Shown here in pieces: positions 1 through 9,906 of a DNA stretch of 64,000 bases. The stretch covers positions 672,001 to 736,000 of the forward strand of contig CAWBZI010000006.1 of the NCBI GenBank assembly GCA_963793265.1, given 5' to 3'. The notes below the pieces were generated by a model. The model was not told the DNA's origin and ran no database searches. It worked only from the letters and a program-made list of their open reading frames with translations. The position numbers were made by a program, and so were the translations under genes. Each line of letters opens with the position of its first letter. Within the stretch, counting starts at the first letter, position 1. Source of the DNA: an uncultured cyanobacterium. Lineage in GTDB: Bacteria; Cyanobacteriota; Cyanobacteriia; Phormidesmidales; Phormidesmidaceae.

Positions 1-1538
1 GTTTCCTCTGTTGAGTGCCCAGATTGTCCAGATTGACCTTCGGGAGCCGCCAGCAAAATCCGCGAGGCCAAAAGCGGCGTCACAAACCGCGCCACCAGCG
101 TAGAAAACATCGTCGAAACCGCCACCGTCACCCCAAACGGCTGAAAAAACTGCCCCGGAATGCCGCCCATAAACGCGACCGGAATAAAAACAGCCACCAC
201 CGTCGCCGTTGTTGTCACCACGGCCAAACCCACCTCAGCCGAAGAATCAATCGCCGCCTGAGTCGGCGGCTTACCCATTGCAATATGCCGCTCGATATTC
301 TCAATTTCAACAATCGCATCGTCTACCAAATTACCCACCGCCAGCGTCAGCGCCAGCAGCGTCATACTGTTGAGCGAATAGCCCAGCGCGTTAATTACCG
401 TAAATGTTGGGATAATAGAAAGCGGCAGCGCTACTGCCGTAATCAGCGTTGTTCGCCAGTTTCGCAAAAAGCAGCCAACGACAACAACAGCCAGCACAGA
501 TCCCAGCAAAAGCGCCTCAATCGAAGCCTTATACGCCTCACGCACATCTGTTGCCCGCGTGAAAATAAGCTGTAGCTGCACGTCATCTGGCAAAGTCTCT
601 TCAAGCTGCGCGATCTCTTGAACAACACCATCTTCGACAGTTGCCAGCAAGCTACCGTTACTGCGAAATACGCCAAACGAAACCACCGGCTGAGAGTCTA
701 CAATTGCACCCTCACGAACTTCTGCGGGGCCGTCAGTCACCGCCGCTAAAGACTGTAAAGGGACTGTTTCGCCAGTCGGTAAGTCTATGCTGAGCGATCG
801 CAAAGCCGCCAAACTCTCTGCGGTACTATTCGCCCTGCCCAACGCCCGTACGCTTTGTTCCTGGCCCGACACTTGCGATCGCCCGCCCGGCAAATTACGG
901 TTAAATTCCTTAACCTGCTCATTCACCTGCGCAGCACTAATCCCATAAGCATTGAGCTGCCCAGCGTCTAGCGCCACGCTAATCTCTCGATCAACCCCGC
1001 CAATTCTCTCTACCTCAGCTACGCCCTTAACAGACATCAGCGCCGGACTAATCGTGCGATCAACCAAATCACTGAGCGCTTCAACAGGTTGCGTCTCGGA
1101 GCGAACCGCGTAGGTAAGAATCGCGCCGTCGTCGTAGCGCAACTGCTGAATGGTCATGCTTTCAGCGTAGGGGGCTAAGTCCTCACGAATGCGGGCGATC
1201 GCATCGCGCACCCCGTCCATAATCTCATCGGTTTCGGCCCCCAAATCAAACCGCACCGCCGTGTAGGCATAGCCGTCACTCACCGACGAATAAATCTCAT
1301 CGACATCGCCTAGCCCGGCAACCGCGTCCTCTACTTTTTTAGTAAACTGCGTCTCTAGCTCCTGTGGCCCCGCACCCGCATAAGCGGTTTCAATTGTGAC
1401 AATCGGCAGGTCAATATTAGGGTTAGCATCAATACCGAGCTGCAAAAAAGAGACAATGCCCGCCAGCGTCAGCACCAAAAACAGCACCAGCGTCGGTACC
1501 GGATTCCGAATAGACCAGCCAGGAGCGGTAATACTCAT
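1..1538 (-). CDS. RND efflux transporter permease (AcrB/AcrD/AcrF family), 5' part; runs off the left edge
   Basis: Not in the ORF track. Minus strand from ATG at 1538 reads MSITAPGWSIRNPVPTLVLFLVLTLAGIVSFLQLGIDANPNIDLPIVTIETAYAGAGPQELETQFTKKVEDAVAGLGDVDEIYSSVSDG, a typical AcrB N-terminus. It starts 2 nt after the stop of the membrane-fusion gene. Confidence 0.92.
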   Translation of the reverse strand, partial: MSITAPGWSIRNPVPTLVLFLVLTLAGIVSFLQLGIDANPNIDLPIVTIETAYAGAGPQELETQFTKKVEDAVAGLGDVDEIYSSVSDGYAYTAVRFDLGAETDEIMDGVRDAIARIREDLAPYAESMTIQQLRYDDGAILTYAVRSETQPVEALSDLVDRTISPALMSVKGVAEVERIGGVDREISVALDAGQLNAYGISAAQVNEQVKEFNRNLPGGRSQVSGQEQSVRALGRANSTAESLAALRSLSIDLPTGETVPLQSLAAVTDGPAEVREGAIVDSQPVVSFGVFRSNGSLLATVEDGVVQEIAQLEETLPDDVQLQLIFTRATDVREAYKASIEALLLGSVLAVVVVGCFLRNWRTTLITAVALPLSIIPTFTVINALGYSLNSMTLLALTLAVGNLVDDAIVEIENIERHIAMGKPPTQAAIDSSAEVGLAVVTTTATVVAVFIPVAFMGGIPGQFFQPFGVTVAVSTMFSTLVARFVTPLLASRILLAAPEGQSGQSGHSTEE

Positions 1539-1540
1539 GA

Positions 1541-2935
1541 CTACTGCACCGCGTCTACAGTATCACCATCTTGTAAATAGCTAGCGCCACCGACGATAAT
1601 CTGACTGCCTGCACTTACACCAGAGAGTACTTCAACGGTTGGCTGCTCAGCTTTCGATGTCGTTGAACTAATTTGACTGGCCACCTCAACCGGATTCGCC
1701 TGCACTTTATTGTCGGAGCCGAGCGTATATACCAACGTTGTGCCGTCAGGCTGAGCGATCGCCGCTGCCGCCGGAATCACCACACTTCGCCGCCGCCCAG
1801 TCACCATCTCGGCCTGCAAAAACATCCCTGGCCGTAACTGACGCTCATCGTTAATCGAAACTCTCACCGTCGCCTGCCGACTGTCAGCATCTAAAGTCGG
1901 ATCTATCGTGCGAACGCTACCCTGCACCGTTAGTTCCGAATTCTGTTCAGGCGAGCGATCAGCCGCCGCGCTCATCACCACAGGCGCACCTACCTGAATC
2001 TGTTCGAGCTGCGCCTGCGATGGCTCCAAGGCTAGCTCCAACTGTCCGTTTTCGATCAGGCTATACAAAGGCGTCGAGGCTGAGGCCGTATCTCCGATGG
2101 TCATTAATCGTTCGGCAACAATGCCATCAGTAGGGGCCGTAACGACTGTTTGTGATCGCTGCGCCTGAATCTTATTAATCTCCGCTAGCCGACTAGCAAC
2201 ACTTGCCCGAGCGCTGTCAATATTAGCCGCTGCTACTGCCACATTCCCTTGAGCCGTCGCCGCCTCAATCTGGCGCGTACCAAGCTGTTCCTGGCTGACC
2301 GCACCCTCACGATACAGCGAACTGTAGCGACTCACGTCAACGCCTGCGGCCGCTTGTAGTACCTGGGCTTGGGCAAAGGCGACTTCCTGTTGTTCTAGTT
2401 CAGCTTGAGCCTGAGCAAGATTTGCTTCAGCTTGAGCAAGATCGGCCTGTAAAAGGCTGCTGTCTAGTATGGCGATTATCTGTCCGGTTTGGACGCGATC
2501 GCCCGCCCTCACCCTCATCTCTACAATCGGCAACCCGCTCACCGCAGGCGTCACCCGCAGCAAGTCCTTTGGCACCACAGTTCCCGTCAGCGACAGCGAA
2601 CTTTCAACTGTCGCAAGCTGAGCCGTTTGCAGCGTCACGCTTTGAGCAGGCGCGCGATCTGTTGCAGCAGTCAAAGCTGTATTAGAAGCTGTATCGACAT
2701 CTGCCTGTTCTGCCTGGTTTTCTTGCACCTGAGCCACCAAAAACCGTCCGCCGCCAAAAGCGAGCCAGGATACAGCTAATCCTAAGAAGAGACTTTTTGG
2801 CCCCCAAAGGAGACGAACTTGTGTGCCTATTCGACCAATTAGAGAAGGTTTGTGAATCGGCGTTCCTAATTGAGAGATGGGACGAAGCACTAGATTCTCG
2901 TCAAAGTCTTTTGAGGAATGTTTTGGGTGGCTCAA
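1541..2935 (-). CDS. RND efflux periplasmic adaptor (membrane fusion protein)
   Basis: N-terminal TM segment, lipoyl-like halves (VRAGDRVQTGQIIAILD; VTAPTDGIV), coiled-coil hairpin, LRPGMF motif; adjacent to the AcrB-type gene. Exact start uncertain. Confidence 0.9.
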   Translation of the reverse strand: MSHPKHSSKDFDENLVLRPISQLGTPIHKPSLIGRIGTQVRLLWGPKSLFLGLAVSWLAFGGGRFLVAQVQENQAEQADVDTASNTALTAATDRAPAQSVTLQTAQLATVESSLSLTGTVVPKDLLRVTPAVSGLPIVEMRVRAGDRVQTGQIIAILDSSLLQADLAQAEANLAQAQAELEQQEVAFAQAQVLQAAAGVDVSRYSSLYREGAVSQEQLGTRQIEAATAQGNVAVAAANIDSARASVASRLAEINKIQAQRSQTVVTAPTDGIVAERLMTIGDTASASTPLYSLIENGQLELALEPSQAQLEQIQVGAPVVMSAAADRSPEQNSELTVQGSVRTIDPTLDADSRQATVRVSINDERQLRPGMFLQAEMVTGRRRSVVIPAAAAIAQPDGTTLVYTLGSDNKVQANPVEVASQISSTTSKAEQPTVEVLSGVSAGSQIIVGGASYLQDGDTVDAVQ

Positions 2936-2983
2936 GGAAATAAAGCTCCTGACGAGAAGAATAGTTTTGTTTAGCGTAGGGGC

Positions 2984-5659
2984 CTAACCAACAAACTCGA
3001 ACGTATTCGTATCGAACAAGCTCAAATCTTCCTCATCTTTAATCACACCAACCAAATCGTTTTGATAGAAGATAGCAGTGCCGTCTTTAACCCCCTTCAC
3101 GTCCTGACCTAGAACGTAGTCACTAGCGCTACCCCGCAGGCGGATGCGATCGCCCTCTTTCGCTTTAAAGTCATCAACCAGGCCATAGTCACTATTGCCA
3201 CCGCCTAAATAGAACACATTATTCGCATCACCTAAAACAAACGTATCAGCACCCTTCTCACCCTTCAGCTTATCTTGCTCGCCTTGGCCAAATCCACTGC
3301 TCGTATCAACCCCAAAGAGCAAATCGTCGCCGTCATCGCCTTTAATCTCATCTGAGCCTAGCCCGCCAAATATGGTGTCGTTGCCTTTCGTGCCGTCTAC
3401 TTTCTCACTCTTGTCGCTGCCTTGAACGGTATTAGCGCTTCCAGGCGCGGCGGTTAAAGCCTGGCCTGGCGCTGTATTCCCTAACTCAGTTCTAAGCGCG
3501 TCAGTAAAAGAGCCCTCTCTATCAGGATCGAAGATAGACCCCAGGCCGCTAGCAACATTGCCCTGATCAAAAAAGCCAAGGCCCGTAGAAACGTTGTTAT
3601 CACCGCCAGGAAGCCTTTCGTCAGTGACAAAAGATCCGGTAATATCGGTTACCTGAATGTTGCCGCGCCCCGTTACAACCGGATCAACACCCTTCTGCTT
3701 ACCCACAAACTTTTCCAGCTTGCCCTTCTCACTATCCAAGCGTGCGACCCAGCCGTCAATCGATTCGCCCGCCTGCTTCTTACCGCCCAAAGAGCCCTCC
3801 GTAAAGCCCGTGACAATCACGCTGCCTCGATCGTCTACAGCCACGCCAGTTGCATAGTCGGCTTTCTCTTTTGCGCCCACCTGCTGAATCCACTGGTCGT
3901 TCAAATCACTGTCAAACTTAGCGACAAAAGCATTCGTATCACCGTTGCTAGCGCCCTTGCTGTCTTTGCCTTTCCCGCCCAGCTTGCCAATGGTATAGCC
4001 CGTCAAATAAACGTTGTCCTGCGCGTCTACTGTCAAATCGCTAAAGTACGCACCATCGTCATCTTGAGAACCAATTTGCTTGGTCACAAGCTGAGTACCC
4101 TCGGGCGTAAACTTAGTCACCCACACGTCAAAGTTCTCAGAATCTGCGTTTGACTTATCGCCCAAATTGCCGTTCGTCCAGCCCGAAGCAAAGACGTTAC
4201 CCTGACTATCTGTATCAACCGCCCAGCCAAAATCTAGCCCCTCATCAACGCTACCAAACTGCTGTACCCACTGCACGTTCCCGGTCGGATCGACCTTGGC
4301 TAGATACGCGTCGTACTTCAGCAGCAGCCGCGAAGGGTCAGACTCTTTTGAGAGCCCTTGAGTCCAACCCACTACGTAGGAGTTGCCCGCCTCATCTACG
4401 GCTAAGTCGTAGCTTTCATCAAAAAATGGCGTAATGCTCAGCGGAAAAGGAGCCTCTGGATCGCGAATTTGAGTGAACCAGCCCTGAGCACCCGAGTTTT
4501 TATCGAAGGTGCCAACCCAAGAGTCATCTTGAGCTGAAAAGTCGAAGATTTCTCGGTTCTGGTTTTCTTTAATCGCCAGGCCCGAAACAAAGACGCGATC
4601 GCCCTGTACCTGCAAGCCAAACGCCGTACTCGCAAACGCTGGATTAGCCGTATCGCCTGCCAGTACGCCAGGATTAAACTGCTGGCCCCAAATAAAATCA
4701 CCACTGCCAGCATCGAGCTTCGCAACCCAGGCATCCTGCTCTGCTGACTTCAGCGAGCCGACTAAGTTACCGCTGGTATCGCCTGCTAAATAGACGCCGC
4801 CCTCATTGTCAGTTACCACTTCAAAGGCGCTATCGCTACCCGCCGAGCCAATCTGACGCAGCCAAAGCTGATTGCCGTTATTGTTGTACTTGGCAATCCA
4901 CACGTCGCCGTTACCCTGGTTTGCACCGCCCAGGCTACCGCTCGTAGAGCCCACCACATAGATATTGCCTGCATCGTCGATCGTGGTGTTTTGTCCCTGA
5001 TCAACACCGGGCGTTGTGAGCTGAACAATGTCCTTATCACCGCCTTTTTTGGCTTTATCGCCAACAAACCTGAAAACGTCTTTATCCTTAATGTCGTAGT
5101 CTTGCTCAGGCGTAGAAACAATAAAGCCCACTAAATCAGGCGCAATGCCACCGTTATAAAAAATAGCTTCGCCGCTTACTGGCTGAGCAAGCCCGTCCAC
5201 CTGAAGATCGTTGGTTTCAAAGAGAAAATATTCGTCAGACTTTCCGTGCAACTGAATTACGTCATCGGTGGCATCGAAGTCGTAGATAACTGCAAATTCA
5301 TTAGCACCGACGAGGTTACTGGTGAATAAAGTAGACTGATCAGAAGCCGTGTAGAAGGGTCTGCTTTCGTCACCGAGTACGAAGCGATCGCTCCCAACAG
5401 AAGGAATATTTTTATCTAAGATGCCGAAGGGTCGAGTCTCGTTTGAGATACCGACGATAATCTCAAACTCATCGGCAGAATTATCAAACAGATCGCCAAA
5501 GAGAAAGTCGATATTGGTTTCAGGGTAGGTCGCCGCCGGATCGAAGGCATAGATAGTATCGCTACCGGAGCGGCCAAAAACAGCCTCAAACTCAGCAGTG
5601 TTAGAGCCACCTACTAAGTCGCTAGCGGGCGTAAGAAGAGAGACGCTAAAATTTTCCAT
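2984..5659 (-). CDS. CylK/BrtB-like protein: N-terminal Ca-binding domain, SBBP-repeat beta-propeller, C-terminal RTX region
   Basis: Repeated blades (DDAGNIYVVGSTSGSL...DVWIAKY; DSQGNVFASGWTNG...DVWVTKF), N-terminal DRFVLGD...FY...FAVIYDFDATDDVIQLHG segment, GGxGxD repeats at the C-terminus. Lies in a cluster with a CylC-type halogenase. Confidence 0.75.
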   Translation of the reverse strand: MENFSVSLLTPASDLVGGSNTAEFEAVFGRSGSDTIYAFDPAATYPETNIDFLFGDLFDNSADEFEIIVGISNETRPFGILDKNIPSVGSDRFVLGDESRPFYTASDQSTLFTSNLVGANEFAVIYDFDATDDVIQLHGKSDEYFLFETNDLQVDGLAQPVSGEAIFYNGGIAPDLVGFIVSTPEQDYDIKDKDVFRFVGDKAKKGGDKDIVQLTTPGVDQGQNTTIDDAGNIYVVGSTSGSLGGANQGNGDVWIAKYNNNGNQLWLRQIGSAGSDSAFEVVTDNEGGVYLAGDTSGNLVGSLKSAEQDAWVAKLDAGSGDFIWGQQFNPGVLAGDTANPAFASTAFGLQVQGDRVFVSGLAIKENQNREIFDFSAQDDSWVGTFDKNSGAQGWFTQIRDPEAPFPLSITPFFDESYDLAVDEAGNSYVVGWTQGLSKESDPSRLLLKYDAYLAKVDPTGNVQWVQQFGSVDEGLDFGWAVDTDSQGNVFASGWTNGNLGDKSNADSENFDVWVTKFTPEGTQLVTKQIGSQDDDGAYFSDLTVDAQDNVYLTGYTIGKLGGKGKDSKGASNGDTNAFVAKFDSDLNDQWIQQVGAKEKADYATGVAVDDRGSVIVTGFTEGSLGGKKQAGESIDGWVARLDSEKGKLEKFVGKQKGVDPVVTGRGNIQVTDITGSFVTDERLPGGDNNVSTGLGFFDQGNVASGLGSIFDPDREGSFTDALRTELGNTAPGQALTAAPGSANTVQGSDKSEKVDGTKGNDTIFGGLGSDEIKGDDGDDLLFGVDTSSGFGQGEQDKLKGEKGADTFVLGDANNVFYLGGGNSDYGLVDDFKAKEGDRIRLRGSASDYVLGQDVKGVKDGTAIFYQNDLVGVIKDEEDLSLFDTNTFEFVG

Positions 5660-5914
5660 GGTTTCCGATTGAATAAGACCCGGCGGGCCAGGTTGAAAGT
5701 CTTTAGAAGAGGGCTGTCGCGCTTGGAAAAGTATGCTACCTCTGTTAGGGACTGCAAAAGTATGGCGATAGTTTCCTTAAAGTAAGCTTTTTTGCGGTGG
5801 AAATTTAATAAAGTTATGTATCAAATAAATGACTGCATTGGTTTTAGAGTCAAGGCTTTCTTCGCTGCTGAGGATCTAAAGATTAAATAAACTGTTTCAC
5901 CGTTATTTGCTGAA

Positions 5915-5999
5915 GCCCTCACCCCAGCCCTCTCCCAAAAGGAGAGGGAGCCGGATTCAAAGTCCTTCTCCCTTGGGGAGAAGGATTTAGGATGAGGGC
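5915..5999. repeat. Short composite palindromic dispersed repeat (REP-like)
   Basis: Outer arms GCCCTCA...TGAGGGC enclose two hairpins, CCCTCTCC-caaaa-GGAGAGGG and TCCTTCTCCC-ttg-GGGAGAAGGA. Confidence 0.7.
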
Positions 6000-6088
6000 C
6001 TCGATGTGTGTAGATTACTGAGTCCTCATTCTTAATAAAAATCGAAAAACCATTCAATAGCATACTTTCGCAGGCTCTTTACATACTT

Positions 6089-6976
6089 TTATGGTGATAA
6101 AAAAGTCATCACAAAGGCCAAACAAACCACGGCATTGCCCACCGGAATAAAAAAGTTGTCGGTGCCTCTTGGGGCTACTAGCTCGATTACGGTTGTGAGC
6201 GTGGCGATCGCCAGCGCTAAGCACCACCAGGGCAGCGGCAGTTGGTTAAAGCTAGCCACTAGCAGTAGCGGGATGAGGCTGCCGAAAAAGACTGCACTTG
6301 TGCCTAATACTGACTTACGGTTGATTTGGCCGATGCCCCAAACGTGTAGCTTTTGCTTGCCCCAAGTAGTGCCTACTAGCTCACCGAGCGCGTCGCCTAT
6401 CGTCAGCGGTAAAAAGACAAAGAAGGAGAACAGCACTAAGTTAGCCGGGTCGGCAACGCTGCCGCGAGCGAGATGATCAATCACTGCTAGCGGCAAAAGG
6501 TTCAGAAAAGAACAGCGTGCGGCAAATAGATTTTTGCGTCCGTAAACGCCATCTCGAATACGGCTAGAAGCGCCGTACATAAGCCCCGCCAGGCCATATA
6601 TTTTGTTTGAGTGATAGCTAATAATGCTCAGCCCCAGCACAAAAATTTGATAGGCCAGCGTTGCGATTAAGGCCACCTCTGTGTCTTTGATCACTAAGTT
6701 AAGAATGGCGAGCTGCCAGAAGCCAGCGACGATATGTAGCAGCTTACGAGAGAGTCCATCTACTACGCACAGCTTGCGATCACCATAGCGATCAACAAAG
6801 TAGTCGAGGTTGAAGTAGTGGGAGCGATCGGAGAACACGAGCTTGCGATCGCCCGAAGGCATCCCGATATAGGCCATCAGCTTCCACTTAAACCAGGCAA
6901 ACGCAGGATAAAGAATCAGAAGTTCTACGCCGAAAATAACGACATATATCAGCGCAATCGAAGAGAGATTTATCAT
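6089..6976 (-). CDS. Membrane CTP-dependent polyprenol/diacylglycerol kinase family protein (dolichol/phytol kinase-like)
   Basis: RKLLHI, GDALGELVGTTWGK, RKSVLGT and GTDNFFIP motifs; multiple TM helices. ATG at 6976 overlaps the MFS stop (TGATG), so it is preferred over the track start 7081. Confidence 0.75.
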   Translation of the reverse strand: MINLSSIALIYVVIFGVELLILYPAFAWFKWKLMAYIGMPSGDRKLVFSDRSHYFNLDYFVDRYGDRKLCVVDGLSRKLLHIVAGFWQLAILNLVIKDTEVALIATLAYQIFVLGLSIISYHSNKIYGLAGLMYGASSRIRDGVYGRKNLFAARCSFLNLLPLAVIDHLARGSVADPANLVLFSFFVFLPLTIGDALGELVGTTWGKQKLHVWGIGQINRKSVLGTSAVFFGSLIPLLLVASFNQLPLPWWCLALAIATLTTVIELVAPRGTDNFFIPVGNAVVCLAFVMTFLSP

Positions 6977-8568
6977 CAAAGAGAAGTCATTGTTTGAGTA
7001 GAACCGTCCGCATTTGGACTCGAACGAATGCAGGTAAAGCTCAGCCCTGCGCCGACTAATAGCGCGATGCCACAGGCCCACACCACGCTATGCAAGCCAG
7101 AAACAAACGCCTGATGAATTGTCTGCTCTAGGGTGACTAAAGAGACGGTTGAAGCATCACCTAAAGCCGCGAGCAGGCGATCAGGGCGGGTCGCCCCATG
7201 GCCCAGCGCTTCAGCAACAACAGCTTGCGCGGCGGCAGGCGCTAGGCCCAACTCAAAGAGCGATCGCCCCAAAGAGAGCCCGAGCCCCTGCGTAAACACG
7301 CTGCCCTGCACCGCAATTCCCAAAGCGCCCCCCAAGCGAGTACTGGTGTTCAACAAAGCGGCGGCAACCCCCGACTGGGCGGCGGGGGCACTCCCCATGC
7401 CCGCAGCCGTGAGCGGAGAGAGCGTGAAGCCTACGCCAAATCCTACGAGCATAAGCTGCCAAAGCATAGCGATGTAGGGCGTGTTTGCCTGCACCTGCCA
7501 GAGAGAAAGGACACCGACAGCCGCGAGTAAAAAGCCTGCTGTGATTGCTTTTCGCCAGCCTAGACGGGCGGAGGCGTAGCCCGAGACTATTGAGGCTAAA
7601 ATAAACGCGCCGTTAAGCGGTAAAAATCGTATGCCCGTCGCGACGGCTGAGTAGCCCTGTACCTGCTGTAGGAACAAGCTAAACAGAAATAACAGGCTCA
7701 CTAGCATAAAGAACAATAGGGCATTTACCACAATCGCACTGGCAAATGTCGGCTGTGAAAATAGCCTCAGCGGCAGCATCGGGTAGGCGCTGCGAGATTC
7801 GATGAAGATAAAGGCAGCAGCACTGCTGAGGGTGAGTAGTCCTAAGATGAGCGATCGCCCCGAGAACAAGCTTGCGCCCTCGCTGCCAGTCAGCATGGTC
7901 ACCAGTGTCGCCAGCGTGACGACGCTTAGCACCATCCCAGGGAAATCTAACCGCCGTTTTTGCAGCGATCGCCGCCCCATCTTTCTGCTCATCGGCACCG
8001 CCCGGCAAGTTAGCCAAAAGGTCGCTACGCCCAAAGGCACGTTCAGAAAAAAGATACTTCGCCAGCCCAAACTATCGACCAAAACGCCACCTAAAGCAGG
8101 CCCAACAATCAGCGCCAACCCCGATACGCCCGACCAGATACCAATCGCCTTAGTTCTCTCTTTTGGGTTAGGAAACACATCGGACAAAATTGCGAGCGAT
8201 GTGGGCAGTAGAGCCGCTGCGCCAATGCCCTGTAACAGGCGTCCTGCGATCGCCATTTGCCCGCCTGCCGCCAGCCCCACCCAAACCGAAGCGCCGACAA
8301 ATACCAGCAGCCCCAACAAAAAGACTTGCCTGCGCCCGTACATGTCCCCTAACAAACCCGCAGGCAGCACCAAACAAGCAATCGGCAACAGATAGCCATT
8401 CAGCATCCATTGCAGCCCAGTAACAGACAGGCCCAAATTAGCCTGCAGGCTTGGCAGCGCCACATTCACCACCGTATCGTCAAGCGCTGACATGCCCAAA
8501 GCAAGGCACATAGCTATCAGGGTCATTGTTTGAGTTTTGGTAGAAACACCTTCAGCCGTAAGCGTCAT
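6976..8568 (-). CDS. MFS drug/metabolite exporter, DHA2 (14-TM) type
   Basis: LDDTVVNVALPSL, GLLGDMYGRRQVF, GRLLQGIGAA, GPALGGVLV motifs. ATG at 8568 overlaps the upstream TGA (ATGA). Confidence 0.92.
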   Translation of the reverse strand: MTLTAEGVSTKTQTMTLIAMCLALGMSALDDTVVNVALPSLQANLGLSVTGLQWMLNGYLLPIACLVLPAGLLGDMYGRRQVFLLGLLVFVGASVWVGLAAGGQMAIAGRLLQGIGAAALLPTSLAILSDVFPNPKERTKAIGIWSGVSGLALIVGPALGGVLVDSLGWRSIFFLNVPLGVATFWLTCRAVPMSRKMGRRSLQKRRLDFPGMVLSVVTLATLVTMLTGSEGASLFSGRSLILGLLTLSSAAAFIFIESRSAYPMLPLRLFSQPTFASAIVVNALLFFMLVSLLFLFSLFLQQVQGYSAVATGIRFLPLNGAFILASIVSGYASARLGWRKAITAGFLLAAVGVLSLWQVQANTPYIAMLWQLMLVGFGVGFTLSPLTAAGMGSAPAAQSGVAAALLNTSTRLGGALGIAVQGSVFTQGLGLSLGRSLFELGLAPAAAQAVVAEALGHGATRPDRLLAALGDASTVSLVTLEQTIHQAFVSGLHSVVWACGIALLVGAGLSFTCIRSSPNADGSTQTMTSL

Positions 8569-9806
8569 GGGGCTTGCCTGGCAGGAGAGCATAATACGGG
8601 AGCCGCTTCACTCGCCTGACTATCAGCCAAACGCGCCTGTAAAAGATCTAGCACCTCAAAAATGCCGTTGTTCTCAAGCGCTGCTGCATTCGCCCGATAG
8701 CGCTCCAAGGTCGAACCATCGAGTAACTGTTCGACCGCTTTGGGCACCTGCTTAAAACTCTTAAGCACAATACCTACCGCTTTCTCTTTTACCCAGTCGG
8801 TGTTGTAGCGCTCGTGAATCAAAGTGGCTCTATTACACTCTGTAATCACCGGCAGATTCATCACCAGCGCTTCGCTCAGGCTACCGGGGCCAGGCTTACC
8901 AATAAAAAAGTCCGAGAGCTGCATGTAGTAGGGCATATCTTCGGTAAAGGCAACCACGTGCCGCTGCTGCTCTCCCGGTAGCTGCTTTAGCGCGTCCGCT
9001 AGCGCTTCGTTGCGGCCACACACAAAAATAAGCTGGAGGTCGCGCTCAAATCGCTCTAGACTTTCGGCAATATCCACCATCACCTGAGCCCCGTTACCGC
9101 CAAACATCACAATGCCCGTCAGCTTGTCAGCAGCGAGTCCCAGCTTTTGCCGCTCAGCAGCAATGTCTAGCTCAGGGCACTGATAGAACTTGGGGTGAAG
9201 CATCATGCCCGAAGATTTCATGAGAAGAGAGTCATCGACGCCTAGCGTTTGGGCTTGTGCGATCGCCTTCTCAGTCGCGCAAACAGTCGTACAGCTTGCC
9301 TCTGGCTCTAGCCAAAAAGCCGGTGGGTAGTCAGCCAAATCACCCATCACCGTCACGTAAGGCACGCCCGGCCTGGCCGCTTCAAGACTTTTCGAGAGCC
9401 CTTTGTTGTACAGCGGCATCACCGACACCACCAAATCAGGCTGTTGCTTGCGCCAGTGCTGCTCAAAAAACCGAAAGCCCACGTCATAGTTCAGCGCCAC
9501 CATGAACTTATTAAGCCGCATTTTCAGCGGCCACATCCAAGTCCAGCCGCTCTTGAGCATCAGATTGTACAAATCATGGCCGCTCATGCCAAACAGCTCA
9601 TAGGCATTTTGAATCTCATTTTGCGCGGTCAGCTCAGTGATGATCTCATCCATATCTGTCGCCTGAAATTCCCAAGGCAGATCCCTTTGTTCAGCCGCCG
9701 CTTTTAGCGCTCGGTAAGCCGCATAGTGTCCGCCACCGCCTTGCCCTGTGACAACATTTACTTTTAACTTTTTTTGAGAGACGGTTGAAACCATCGGTTG
9801 TATCAT
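8565..9806 (-). CDS. GT28 / MGDG-synthase-like glycosyltransferase
   Basis: GGGHYAA N-terminal loop, QPDLVVSVMP, VMFGGNG, FVCGRNEAL, DFFIGKPGPGSLSEAL. Confidence 0.88.
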   Translation of the reverse strand: MIQPMVSTVSQKKLKVNVVTGQGGGGHYAAYRALKAAAEQRDLPWEFQATDMDEIITELTAQNEIQNAYELFGMSGHDLYNLMLKSGWTWMWPLKMRLNKFMVALNYDVGFRFFEQHWRKQQPDLVVSVMPLYNKGLSKSLEAARPGVPYVTVMGDLADYPPAFWLEPEASCTTVCATEKAIAQAQTLGVDDSLLMKSSGMMLHPKFYQCPELDIAAERQKLGLAADKLTGIVMFGGNGAQVMVDIAESLERFERDLQLIFVCGRNEALADALKQLPGEQQRHVVAFTEDMPYYMQLSDFFIGKPGPGSLSEALVMNLPVITECNRATLIHERYNTDWVKEKAVGIVLKSFKQVPKAVEQLLDGSTLERYRANAAALENNGIFEVLDLLQARLADSQASEAAPVLCSPARQAP

Positions 9807-9906
9807 TGTTTTACCCTATGAGTCGAATTACTACTACACATCTTGTCTCAGAGCCCCAAAGTGGGGACGGGGGCCAGCAAATAACTAATTTTTCTCTAAA
9901 AACTTG

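Noticed and set aside
15..575. 186-aa plus-strand ORF
   Set aside because: Antisense shadow of the AcrB-type gene; Arg/His-rich with no motif.
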